From NCBI GenBank assembly GCA_025839675.1, contig CP104013.1, forward strand, positions 5,640,001 to 5,672,000: 32,000 nucleotides of DNA, written 5' to 3'. The notes beneath the pieces were generated by a model that was not told the origin of the DNA, did no database searches, and saw nothing but the letters and a program-made list of their open reading frames with translations. Positions 1 to 8,719 of the stretch are shown here, piece by piece (the stretch's first letter is position 1; the number at the start of each line of letters is the position of its first letter). The DNA is from Candidatus Lokiarchaeum ossiferum (GTDB taxonomy: Archaea > Asgardarchaeota > Lokiarchaeia > Sigyniarchaeales > Promethearchaeaceae). Both the position numbers and the translations under genes were made by a program.

Positions 1-1
1 G

Positions 2-2104
2 ACCTTCCTAGCTTTAAAGTTAGCACAACTAATGAAAGATAAAGGAAAAAAATTTATAATGGGTGTCCCCCTTCGGGCCGTCGCTTCACAAATGTTTGAT
101 GTTTTTTTTAAATATTTTAATGTTCTAATTGTTTCAGGGGATCACGTTGAAAATAAAACAAAAATCCTAGATCCTGATTTTGACGGCTATATTATGACAT
201 ATGAAATGATGCTTCAATATTTAATCAAAGAACGGCAACGTCAGATATTATTTGACAATATTGGCGCATTCATTATCGATGAGGTTCATATTATGGTTTC
301 AGGAAGACGGGGTGCCACAATTGAATCGAATATCATGCTTGTTCAATATTTTTATCCTCACATCCAACAGTTATTATTATCGGCTACAATTCAAAATAGC
401 AAGGAATTTGCAACACATTTTAAATGTTGCCTTGTAAAAACAATTCCTGAAGAACGTCCTGTTAAACTTATTAAAAAAATAATCACTCGTCCTGTTTTTT
501 CAAGAATGGATGAGGAATATGAACAAATCACTGAAGATATTAAAGAAATAATCATAAAACATACTACTCCTTCTGCAAATTTTCCTGGAATGCTCGTATT
601 TTGTAATGCTCGGTTACTTTCAAAAAAGCTTGCTAGCGAGCTAAACAAACACTTTTCTCACATCCAAGCAGAATATCACAATGCCTCACTTAGTTTGAAA
701 AAGCGAAAGGCTGTTGAGCAAGCTTTTTCAAATCAAGATATTAATGTTATTTGTTGTACTCCGACTTTGGCAATGGGAATAAACCTTCCCTCAGCAATTT
801 GTGTTCTTACAAGTGTTCGTCGTCGTTCTGGTCTTCTAAATGAAAAAATATTTCTCGATTCTAATGAAATCATCCAAATGGCCGGAAGGGCTGGTCGTCC
901 GGGTCAAAAAGGTAATCTCATCAAAACCAAAAATGGAATTACTCAAGAATACGGGATTTCTTATACTATGTGTGAATATACCGACTATGAGGAAGTAGAG
1001 ATTATGATCAATACTCCAGTTAAAATTTGCAGTCAAATTCCAGACTTCATGAAATGGATGTTATTAACATGGATTGTGGCCGGGATATCTCAAAAAGTAA
1101 AATTAAAAAAAATTTACTCTCAAATTTTTGTATCATCGGTTGATTTCATTAAATTTAAGCAAGAATTCTCTTGGTTGGTTGAAAAAAACTTCATTTCTGT
1201 TGATCCGATGGGCCAAATCATTGCGAGTCATAAAGCTCGCATGACTGCTTTCTTTGGAATTAAGTGTGAAACTGCTTTACATTTTCAGTATATTCGGGAA
1301 TGTTTGAAACAAGAATTTTGGGCTGGAAAAATAAAATCGATACATCCAGCAACACTTTTTTGTTTACTTTTAGCATGTGAAGAATTTACTTCGAATATAA
1401 GAACGTCTGAGAAAAATGATATTGCATCAATCACGACAGCCAATAATTTTTGTGATAATTCTTATATCTACCATCTTTTGGGTGAAACGAAATTCCAACG
1501 ATCACAAAATGAAGCTGTAAAAAAGGGCTTTTCTATCACTTATGATAATTATTTACAGCAGAGATATTTAGAAAACTCATCTCCTGATAAAAATGAACAA
1601 GTAATTTTCAAAAAATTTGATATTGGTGACAAAGTTCAAGTTCAGACAATTGCTGCTCGTTTATTAACTGCAGCTCATGCAATTTTGGGGACATCTTGGA
1701 TATTTGGAAAAATTTTACGAGAACTTACCGATGGTATGAGTTTTTCGATGGCATGTTTTGATTCAGATGTAATCGATCTTATGAAAATAAACAATGTTGG
1801 TCCACGAAAAGCCATATTAATCGTAGAAGCAAAAATAAAATCACGAGCACAATTTTATCGCTGTGATACACATTCACTTTATTACAGCATTAAAAAAATT
1901 GTGCATCACCGAAACGAACGGGTAAAAATTCTTCAGAATCATTTTTCCGAAAAAAGGGATTTATGGAAAAGTGTTTCCGAAAAAAGTTTGGAAAAACTTA
2001 GGAAGGGTGCTATCACAAGTAAATTTCCTTCTATTAAAAATATTCAATCTAAAAAGAGAAAGGAAATAAAAAATAATGCTAATTCCTTATTGAAACACAT
2101 GTGA
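2..2104 (+). CDS. Ski2/Hel308-like SF2 helicase (DEVH box), N-terminus outside the window
   Basis: The frame stays open back to nt 2 (TFLALKLAQL precedes the ATG at 32) and Walker A/motif I is missing, so the gene starts left of the window. Motif II is 'FIIDEVH', motif III 'LLLSAT', then 'CCTPTLAMGINLP', and motif VI 'QMAGRAGRPG'. The RecA core is followed by a winged-helix/ratchet-like helical region and a helix-hairpin-helix-like 'MKINNVGPRKAILIVEA', which is the Hel308/Ski2 domain order. The C-terminal tail is Lys-rich. Confidence 0.85.
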   Translation, partial: TFLALKLAQLMKDKGKKFIMGVPLRAVASQMFDVFFKYFNVLIVSGDHVENKTKILDPDFDGYIMTYEMMLQYLIKERQRQILFDNIGAFIIDEVHIMVSGRRGATIESNIMLVQYFYPHIQQLLLSATIQNSKEFATHFKCCLVKTIPEERPVKLIKKIITRPVFSRMDEEYEQITEDIKEIIIKHTTPSANFPGMLVFCNARLLSKKLASELNKHFSHIQAEYHNASLSLKKRKAVEQAFSNQDINVICCTPTLAMGINLPSAICVLTSVRRRSGLLNEKIFLDSNEIIQMAGRAGRPGQKGNLIKTKNGITQEYGISYTMCEYTDYEEVEIMINTPVKICSQIPDFMKWMLLTWIVAGISQKVKLKKIYSQIFVSSVDFIKFKQEFSWLVEKNFISVDPMGQIIASHKARMTAFFGIKCETALHFQYIRECLKQEFWAGKIKSIHPATLFCLLLACEEFTSNIRTSEKNDIASITTANNFCDNSYIYHLLGETKFQRSQNEAVKKGFSITYDNYLQQRYLENSSPDKNEQVIFKKFDIGDKVQVQTIAARLLTAAHAILGTSWIFGKILRELTDGMSFSMACFDSDVIDLMKINNVGPRKAILIVEAKIKSRAQFYRCDTHSLYYSIKKIVHHRNERVKILQNHFSEKRDLWKSVSEKSLEKLRKGAITSKFPSIKNIQSKKRKEIKNNANSLLKHM

Positions 2105-2270
2105 TATTCCATAAAAACTATCCCCCGGAAATATGGTGTCAACTCGGTTTTTAATTTTCTATTTTTAAAAGTAAAAGAATAAAAACCCGAAATAATTATA
2201 TTTTATAAATAGGCTATCAATCAGCTTGCATACAAATAAATTGGTTATTTTAGTTATTCTTTACAATTAA

Positions 2271-2277
2271 TTTATAT
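2271..2277 (+). promoter_or_regulatory. TATA-like box upstream of the receiver-domain gene
   Basis: 'tttatat' is centred about 26 nt upstream of ATG 2300. That fits the archaeal TATA-to-start spacing for a leaderless mRNA. This is only a pattern match in an AT-rich genome. Confidence 0.3.
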
Positions 2278-2725
2278 GTCTTTCGTTTGTGTGAATAAAA
2301 TGGTTTCAACTCGGAAAATTTTGATTGTGGAAGATGATTTTATTACATCTAAAGGTTTAGAAGCCCTTTTAGATGAAATTGGTTATATTCCTTTAAAAAC
2401 TGTTTCGACTGGAGTTGAAGCGTTGGAAGCAGTAAAGGAACTTAATCCTGATGTAGTTTTGATGGATATGTTTATTAAGGGGAATATGAATGGTTTGGAT
2501 ACTGCATTGAAAATAGTTAATAATCATGCTGTTCCCATTATTTTTACAACTGCCTTTAAAAATTCTGAGATGTTTAAAAAAATCGAAGAAACTGGTCTAT
2601 TTGATTATGTATTAAAACCTTATACAGATGGAAATGAAATTATAAAGGCTATTGAATCTCACTTTACAGAAGCAGAAACATTACATTATTCGAATGTTGT
2701 GAAATCTCCCGACCAAAACCTTTAA
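2276..2725 (+). CDS. Stand-alone CheY-like response regulator receiver domain
   Basis: Receiver signature: acidic pocket 'KILIVEDD', phospho-acceptor Asp in 'VVLMDMFI', 'IIFTTAF', and conserved Lys in 'VLKPY'. There is no output domain. The ORF opens at ATG 2276, but ATG 2300 ('MVSTRKILIVEDD') is at least as likely as the true start. Confidence 0.9.
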   Translation: MSFVCVNKMVSTRKILIVEDDFITSKGLEALLDEIGYIPLKTVSTGVEALEAVKELNPDVVLMDMFIKGNMNGLDTALKIVNNHAVPIIFTTAFKNSEMFKKIEETGLFDYVLKPYTDGNEIIKAIESHFTEAETLHYSNVVKSPDQNL

Positions 2726-2877
2726 AAGTGTAACCCTGATCTAATTTGGGTCTTAATTGCATTTTAGTTTATTCTTCTTTCTAAATTTCTTGCCTCAATT
2801 AATTGCAAACCTTGTTGGGCTAAATCTCTTATTTTTGGGTTTGAATCTCGTAAAACAAATTTAAAATGGGGTTCATT

Positions 2878-5052
2878 TCATAAGAATTTATAAATTATCA
2901 TTGAGTTTTTTGAAGAAAAATGTTTCATTTTCATTCCAAACTCAATTTCTTTGTCCATTTTAAGGATTGAAAAGTTTTCCTCGATTGCTGCTTGATGTAA
3001 ATCATCTAAAGAACAATACAATCGATTACCTACTTGAGTTCCTAAAGTTTCCATAGTATTTATTATCCAATCAAAGATCCATTTCACTTGAAATTGTTTT
3101 TGGGTAATTTTATTCCTACTTATTTCTTTTTCTTTTTTTTCAGTAATTAGCTGTGAAAACGAAGAGACATATTCAAAACCAGAATTTGCACGTTGATTTA
3201 AATGATTAGATTCGTTTTGTTTAATCAATTCTTCGATTTTCTCTTTTGTTTTTTGCTGCTTAGAATCTTTTAGCTGTTTATAGCGGTTTTGAATCATTTC
3301 CAAAGGTTGAATTTTATGGCTCGGTAAAGATTTGGAACGGTGTAAGGATTTAACCGTGTTTATTGCCTCAGGTGATTTTAGCAATTCACTCATCTTCATT
3401 TCTCGTCGATGGGATACATGGTGATAAATCTCGTCCAAAGTATTTGAAGTGACTAAAAAATAGCACCTTCCAATTTGATGTCTACCAGTTCTTCCTCTTC
3501 TCTGAATTAATCGAATTTCCGATGGAACGGCATCATAAAAAATAACTGCATTTACATTGGGAATATCTAATCCTTCTTCTGCAACTGATGTGGCAACAAG
3601 GATGTTAAACTTTCCTAAGGAAAAATCCTTAATTAGTGCATTTTGGTCCTTTTGAGACAATCCCTTATCGTTTTCCCTACTCGCTTGACCTACAAATCGT
3701 TGAGCTTTTATTGAAATTATATTTGAACTATCTACTGTAATATTACGACTTAAATTTTCAACTAAATATTGCCCCATTTCTCGATATTGTGTAAAAATAA
3801 TAATTTTAGCTTTTGTGTCAGTTGAATATTCTTGATAAATTATTTGTTGGAGTTCTTTTATTTTTGGAGAAATTTGAATTGGTTGAAGAATCTGGATTAC
3901 TCCTTTAATATATTTTGAATTTAGCAGTTGTTTTATTCGATAATTTCCTGTTTGTGCACGATTCCTTAATTTCTGGAGGTAAGTGCGAAATAGTCGAACA
4001 TCTTGAGTCGTGAGAATCTCTTTTAAATGTTCCAGGTAAATCCCATTTATAGCTTTGCTGAAAATGGTGGAAGTTTGCTTCATTACAATTTCTGATGTTC
4101 CTTCCTGTTGAAATAACTCTAAAAGGTGGGGGTAATTCAGTTCTTCTTCACCAGTGGACGTATGGCTTGATTCTACTGATTCATGAGGAATGTAGTGAGG
4201 ATCCAAAAGAATTTCTAATTTTTTTAGATCTTGAATCAATTGAATGAATTGAAATTTAGAAGTATATCTTCTTGGGGGTAGCACCTCTCGTTCTACTAGA
4301 AAATCTCGAATCTTGCGAATTAGGGTATCTAAAATTAACTTGGCTTTGGTGATTTCATCTGGTAGTTCTATCTTATGGATTATTGAATTAATTCCGTGAG
4401 TGTATTCTTGTACATCTGCACTATCTGAATCTCTAAAGATTATTCGTTCAATTTGAAGTGTTTCACAGAGTTGATTGATTTTAAATAAATCTTTTCCAGG
4501 GGAAGCGGTTAATCCCAAAATTATTGGATGGGCGCACTGTTCTAAATAAGTACGAGCAACAAACGTGTAGGCATATCTTTTTTGAGCTTTATGTGTTTCA
4601 TCAAAAATAATTTGACTAACTCCATCTAAGGAATATAACTCTGATTTGAGGTCATTTTGCAAGATTTGAGGTGTTGAAAAGAAAATTTGGTGATCGTTTA
4701 AAACATAAGCGCGTTTGATTGGAGAAAGATTACTGGAAAATAAGCAACATTTGATTTGAGGTACTAAAAATGATTGAAATGACTGAAAATGTTGCATAAC
4801 CAAAGGTCTAGTTGGTGCTAAAATAAAAATTTTTGAATCTGGAGCACGTTGGAGGATATGAGCAATGGTGAAAAGGGCAATGATCGTTTTTCCTAAAGCA
4901 GTTGGCAAGACTACCAAAGTGTTTTGTTTTGATGCAATTTCAGCAATAGTAACCTGGTATTCTCTCCATTCTATCAAGTTTTCTTTCAATAATGGATGAT
5001 TGTAAAATTGTGGGGGGGAATTAACAACTTCTAAAGTATGTGAGAATGCCAT
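2878..5052 (-). CDS. Hef/FANCM/Mph1-type SF2 helicase (DExH), no nuclease domain
   Basis: Motif I is 'LPTALGKT', motif II 'IIFDETH', motif III 'LTASPG'. A long helical insertion lies between the RecA lobes. Then come 'FVGQAS...GLSQKDQNALIKDFSLGKFNILVATSVAEEGLDIP' and motif VI 'IQRRGRTGR'. This block pattern matches the Hef/FANCM (COG1111-like) clade. The last ~170 aa carry no ERK-type ERCC4 nuclease signature. Confidence 0.85.
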   Translation of the reverse strand: MAFSHTLEVVNSPPQFYNHPLLKENLIEWREYQVTIAEIASKQNTLVVLPTALGKTIIALFTIAHILQRAPDSKIFILAPTRPLVMQHFQSFQSFLVPQIKCCLFSSNLSPIKRAYVLNDHQIFFSTPQILQNDLKSELYSLDGVSQIIFDETHKAQKRYAYTFVARTYLEQCAHPIILGLTASPGKDLFKINQLCETLQIERIIFRDSDSADVQEYTHGINSIIHKIELPDEITKAKLILDTLIRKIRDFLVEREVLPPRRYTSKFQFIQLIQDLKKLEILLDPHYIPHESVESSHTSTGEEELNYPHLLELFQQEGTSEIVMKQTSTIFSKAINGIYLEHLKEILTTQDVRLFRTYLQKLRNRAQTGNYRIKQLLNSKYIKGVIQILQPIQISPKIKELQQIIYQEYSTDTKAKIIIFTQYREMGQYLVENLSRNITVDSSNIISIKAQRFVGQASRENDKGLSQKDQNALIKDFSLGKFNILVATSVAEEGLDIPNVNAVIFYDAVPSEIRLIQRRGRTGRHQIGRCYFLVTSNTLDEIYHHVSHRREMKMSELLKSPEAINTVKSLHRSKSLPSHKIQPLEMIQNRYKQLKDSKQQKTKEKIEELIKQNESNHLNQRANSGFEYVSSFSQLITEKKEKEISRNKITQKQFQVKWIFDWIINTMETLGTQVGNRLYCSLDDLHQAAIEENFSILKMDKEIEFGMKMKHFSSKNSMIIYKFL

Positions 5053-5233
5053 ATTATGATAATCTCCGAACTATGCATAAATTTCCATATCCATACATGA
5101 AGAACACTTATAGATTCTTTTTAATTCTTCGTGCTCAATGGTTTAGTTATTTTTTGTCAAAGGAAAAGATTTAAGTTTGCATGGGAGATAATTATTTCAA
5201 TATTATAATATTAGACAATAACGTGAACATATC

Positions 5234-6190
5234 ATGAATTCAATGTTTTATATCAATTTAGTATTTATTAGTTTTTATGTTGGTCTATTTATTTATTGCT
5301 TTATGAAAATAAATGGTACTGCCCTAAATGAAAACTGTGAAAACAAATTAGTTAATATATATCTAATTAATTTAGTTTTTTCAATAATTGGAGAGGTTCT
5401 GACTTTACTTTTGCAAATCAGAAATTCTCAAAGTGAGTATGGGTATTCAATTTCATCTAATCCAATAATGGTGCTATTAATTTTGTCGGGCTTACTGGGA
5501 TTTATTTTAAATTGCATTCTTTTCTTCAAAATTGATGAAAAATTGACTTATAATTTAACTAATGGGAAATTAGGAATTGCTTATGTTGTTTTAAGTATTT
5601 TGGGTTTATTAATTTCCTTTATAGGTTTGCCCCTATCATCAGTTATTCAATCTATACTTTATTTTGTTTATTATTCAAAATTAAGTCAAAATGGATCCTT
5701 AATTCCTTCGACGCAGTCCTACACTCTCTGGTTGAAAAAGGCGTTCATTTTTTTAGGAATAAATGGGATTGTATCGGTAATCAGTTTTCTAATTAATTTT
5801 AGTTATATGTTTACTGAAAATTATACAGACATTATTTTATTTTCAAATATTTTCTCTTATATTAATAGAATTTTATCGTATATTGGTTTTGTTTATCTCG
5901 GTTATGGGTTATTACTAACCAGCCAAGTTCCTCTTGTGACTGCTAAAAATCGTAGTATTTATACTAGTCAACCAGGTTATATAAATGAACCAAACCTGAA
6001 TTCTGGCGCATCTAATTATCAATTCGGAGCACCTCGTCCTTCCATAATTAATCCAACAAATACTAAATTTAATTCTTCTACAACCACTATTTTATCTTCT
6101 TCAACTTCAGATCCTTCTTTTTGCAATAAATGTGGGAAAATGCTTGCATCTGATGCCCAATTTTGTCCAAATTGTGGGCAATCAAGGTAA
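5234..6190 (+). CDS. Polytopic membrane protein with C-terminal zinc ribbon (paralog 1)
   Basis: About six hydrophobic ~20-aa segments lie in the first ~230 aa, followed by an N/S/T/P-rich linker and a terminal 'CNKC-x10-CPNC' zinc ribbon. It shares blocks with the next gene ('NCE', 'FKID.KL.Y.LT.GKLG', 'AKNRSIY', 'YQFG[AS]P'). Confidence 0.75.
   Translation: MNSMFYINLVFISFYVGLFIYCFMKINGTALNENCENKLVNIYLINLVFSIIGEVLTLLLQIRNSQSEYGYSISSNPIMVLLILSGLLGFILNCILFFKIDEKLTYNLTNGKLGIAYVVLSILGLLISFIGLPLSSVIQSILYFVYYSKLSQNGSLIPSTQSYTLWLKKAFIFLGINGIVSVISFLINFSYMFTENYTDIILFSNIFSYINRILSYIGFVYLGYGLLLTSQVPLVTAKNRSIYTSQPGYINEPNLNSGASNYQFGAPRPSIINPTNTKFNSSTTTILSSSTSDPSFCNKCGKMLASDAQFCPNCGQSR
5941..5962 (+). repeat. 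22-nt exact repeat copy A (tgctaaaaatcgtagtatttat)
   Basis: Identical to 7087-7108 in the paralogous gene. It encodes the shared 'AKNRSIY' with every synonymous position identical. Confidence 0.9.
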
Positions 6191-6299
6191 ATTTACAAAT
6201 GAATCCTTTTTTTGGTGAGAGTTTTTTCTAAATCTCTTTTCTTCCTTTTTTATCTCATCTCTATAAAAAATGAATTATTTCCCTTCTTTGGTCGCTACA

Positions 6300-6307
6300 T
6301 TTATAAA
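6300..6307 (+). promoter_or_regulatory. TATA-like box upstream of membrane/zinc-ribbon paralog 2
   Basis: 'tttataaa' lies 43 nt upstream of ATG 6350. Pattern match only. Confidence 0.3.
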
Positions 6308-6349
6308 GATTAAAACAATACTTATGATATCAAGTTAAAAGGCGCAAAA

Positions 6350-7429
6350 ATGTATCCAACATTCATAATCGATGTTCTTCTCATCATTGGATTTATTTTC
6401 TATCTAGTTTTCCTTTTCAAAGGGTATAAAATATTTCACCTTGGTCCAAATTGTGAAAAAACTTTCTTTAAACAGTTCTTAATTTTTTTAGTACTGGAAT
6501 TCTTATGGGTTATTGCCAATGCTTTGAAATATATATTAGTATATTTTGAAATCTATTCTTCTGGTGTAGACCATTATTACAGTCCGTATTACTACGTTTA
6601 TGATGTTGTGAATAGGGGGCTTGGCATTTTTACATTACTTACTTATACCTACTTTACATTTAAAATAGATTCCAAGTTGTTATATAGTCTAACCGAGGGA
6701 AAATTAGGGCGGGGGATCCTTATTTCTATGGGAGTCTCCCTTTTGGCAATGTTCGCATACTTTCCGCTATTTGGGTTAGTGATTTCAATTTTAACCATAA
6801 TAATTATGTTCAAATTGCGAAAAGGCTCAAAAATAACCCCAAAAACAAGAATCTATTCTAGAATTCTCGGATTTGGTCTATTTTTGTACACATTAGCGAA
6901 ATTAGGTTTTCGTTTTCTTTCATGGGATTATTCTTATTACGGTTTGAGTAGGGCATTTTCAGATTACAGTTCTTATTCAAGGGATCCTTTTATACTAATT
7001 AGGACTATAAGTGTTTTAATTTATGTCCTAAGTTTAATTTTCCTTGGATTAGGTGTTATAAGAACTTCATATAATCCATACTATAATGCTAAAAATCGTA
7101 GTATTTATGGATTTAACAATCAAAACTTGGATATTCCTGCAATTTCGAAACAAGCGGCTCAATATCAGTTTGGGTCTCCAATTATATCTTTTAATTCGAT
7201 GCCAAAAAAACCCAGTCATCAGAATACCAATACTCCCTTGATAAATAAAGAACCACAACAAGATCAAAAGCAGAATCTTGGAGTTATTACAAGAAACCCA
7301 AATGTTTCATATTTCTCTCCAAAAAAAATACAAAAAAATGTGTCATCGTTCAAATTATGCCCTAATTGTAATATTTCTCTTGAGACAGATGTTAAATTCT
7401 GCCCTAAATGTGGGAAGCAAGATTTCTAG
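6350..7429 (+). CDS. Polytopic membrane protein with C-terminal zinc ribbon (paralog 2)
   Basis: Same architecture as 5234-6190: multiple TM segments, 'AKNRSIY', 'YQFGSP', a longer Q/N/P/K-rich linker, and a terminal 'CPNC-x10-CPKC' zinc ribbon. Confidence 0.75.
   Translation: MYPTFIIDVLLIIGFIFYLVFLFKGYKIFHLGPNCEKTFFKQFLIFLVLEFLWVIANALKYILVYFEIYSSGVDHYYSPYYYVYDVVNRGLGIFTLLTYTYFTFKIDSKLLYSLTEGKLGRGILISMGVSLLAMFAYFPLFGLVISILTIIIMFKLRKGSKITPKTRIYSRILGFGLFLYTLAKLGFRFLSWDYSYYGLSRAFSDYSSYSRDPFILIRTISVLIYVLSLIFLGLGVIRTSYNPYYNAKNRSIYGFNNQNLDIPAISKQAAQYQFGSPIISFNSMPKKPSHQNTNTPLINKEPQQDQKQNLGVITRNPNVSYFSPKKIQKNVSSFKLCPNCNISLETDVKFCPKCGKQDF
7087..7108 (+). repeat. 22-nt exact repeat copy B (tgctaaaaatcgtagtatttat)
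   Basis: Identical to 5941-5962. Confidence 0.9.
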
Positions 7430-7435
7430 ATCCGA

Positions 7436-7441
7436 TTTTTT
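7436..7441 (+). terminator. Oligo-T tract after 6350-7429
   Basis: A T6 run lies 7 nt after the stop codon. Archaeal termination commonly uses oligo-T. The evidence is weak in an AT-rich genome. Confidence 0.3.
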
Positions 7442-7501
7442 ATTTCATATATAAGAACATGAGATTTTTCGAATTTACTAATGCTCGCCATCTTAAACTG
7501 G

Positions 7502-7510
7502 AAAAAAAAA
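7502..7510 (-). terminator. Oligo-T (T9 on minus strand) after the oxidoreductase operon
   Basis: An A9 run on the plus strand equals T9 in the sense of the minus-strand operon, about 45 nt past its stop at 7553. Confidence 0.35.
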
Positions 7511-7552
7511 TGGTATATCAATAAAATGAATAAAAAAGATTTGAAGAATTAA

Positions 7553-8719
7553 TTATTTCAACATTTCAACAGAACCAAAATCTCGATATAACGAAAGTTC
7601 ATCTAAAATGATTTTATCGTGGTCATTTAATTCATCTCTTACTAAACGTGAAATTAATTCCCCTAATCCTGGGCCGAGCATATATCCTTGTCCACACGGT
7701 CCCGCTGCATTTATGAATCCTTCAATTTCTTTTACTTTCCCCACAATTGGGGCTCCATCTGGTGTATCTGGATAAAGACCTCTCCATGTTCGTCTCACTT
7801 TTATATTTTTTAGACGTGGGACTAGCTTAATCATTCTTTTGGCAATTTGAGGCAAGAAACTACTTGTTTCTTCATGATCGTGGCCATAAAAGGGTGGTTC
7901 CGGAGTGATACAAAAGATAATTTGTCCCTCATTATTCTGATAAAAGTAGTAATTTTTTGAATGCCCAAATCGATTATCTTCACACGGACGAATATCAACT
8001 ACCATAGGATCAAGAAAATGTTTCACTGGTTCAGTAATTGCTGCTTCATGACTTGTTGGATTAATTGGGAGATCTAATCCAACCATGTTTCCTATTTCTT
8101 TTCCAAAACCTCCTGCTGCATTAATTACATATTGTGTGCTATAGGTTCCTTTATCGGTTGTTACACTAGTAACTTTATGGTTGTCCACGGATATTCTCGT
8201 TACTTGTTCATTAAATTTAAATTCTGCTCCATTTTTCACTGCTTGTTGGTAAAATGCATTTAGGGCTAAAAGGGGTGATGCGCTTCCATCTTCTGGGCTA
8301 AATGTACCTCCTAACAATCCTTCTTGTTCAATCCCTGGAACTAATTCTATTATTTTTTCTGGACCGTAGTATTCAATATTTAATCCTAAAGATTTTTGGA
8401 GTTTTACATTTTGCTTAAATAAAGCTTCATGTTCTTTGGTATAGACAACGTAAGTATATCCACCTTGAACCCAACCAATGTCGTCTCCATATTTTTCTTT
8501 CCACGTTGAAAATATTTCTATACTACGTTGGCATAAGTAGATTTTCGCTTTTTGAGTATGAGTTGCACGAATTCCACCAATTGCATGTTTGTTATCGCCT
8601 TGTGAAACTGATGGATATTTGTCGATTACTAACACTTTCAGTCCGTCGTGTGCGCAAGCCATGGCAATAGGGGTTCCAATACTACCTGCTCCAATCACAA
8701 TTACATCATAGTCTGTCAT
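7553..8719 (-). CDS. FAD-dependent oxidoreductase, DAO family (sarcosine oxidase beta / L-proline dehydrogenase beta-like)
   Basis: N-terminal dinucleotide fold 'DVIVIGAGSIGTPIAMACAHDGLKVLVIDK'. The ~390-aa length and the blocks 'HAIGGIR', 'VINAAGGFG', 'INAAGPCGQGYMLGPG' are typical of SoxB/DadA-type flavoenzymes. The ATG abuts the upstream gene's stop. Confidence 0.85.
   Translation of the reverse strand: MTDYDVIVIGAGSIGTPIAMACAHDGLKVLVIDKYPSVSQGDNKHAIGGIRATHTQKAKIYLCQRSIEIFSTWKEKYGDDIGWVQGGYTYVVYTKEHEALFKQNVKLQKSLGLNIEYYGPEKIIELVPGIEQEGLLGGTFSPEDGSASPLLALNAFYQQAVKNGAEFKFNEQVTRISVDNHKVTSVTTDKGTYSTQYVINAAGGFGKEIGNMVGLDLPINPTSHEAAITEPVKHFLDPMVVDIRPCEDNRFGHSKNYYFYQNNEGQIIFCITPEPPFYGHDHEETSSFLPQIAKRMIKLVPRLKNIKVRRTWRGLYPDTPDGAPIVGKVKEIEGFINAAGPCGQGYMLGPGLGELISRLVRDELNDHDKIILDELSLYRDFGSVEMLK

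Noticed and set aside
252-1036. Track ORFs 252-437(+), 391-648(-) and 836-1036(-) inside the Hel308-like helicase gene
   Set aside because: They are out-of-frame or antisense shadows of a strongly supported CDS. They have no motifs and their composition is typical of wrong-frame translation.
2878-3400. ERCC4/XPF nuclease domain at the C-terminus of the Hef-like helicase
   Set aside because: There is no GDx(n)ERKx3D-type signature and no tandem HhH motif in the last ~170 aa.
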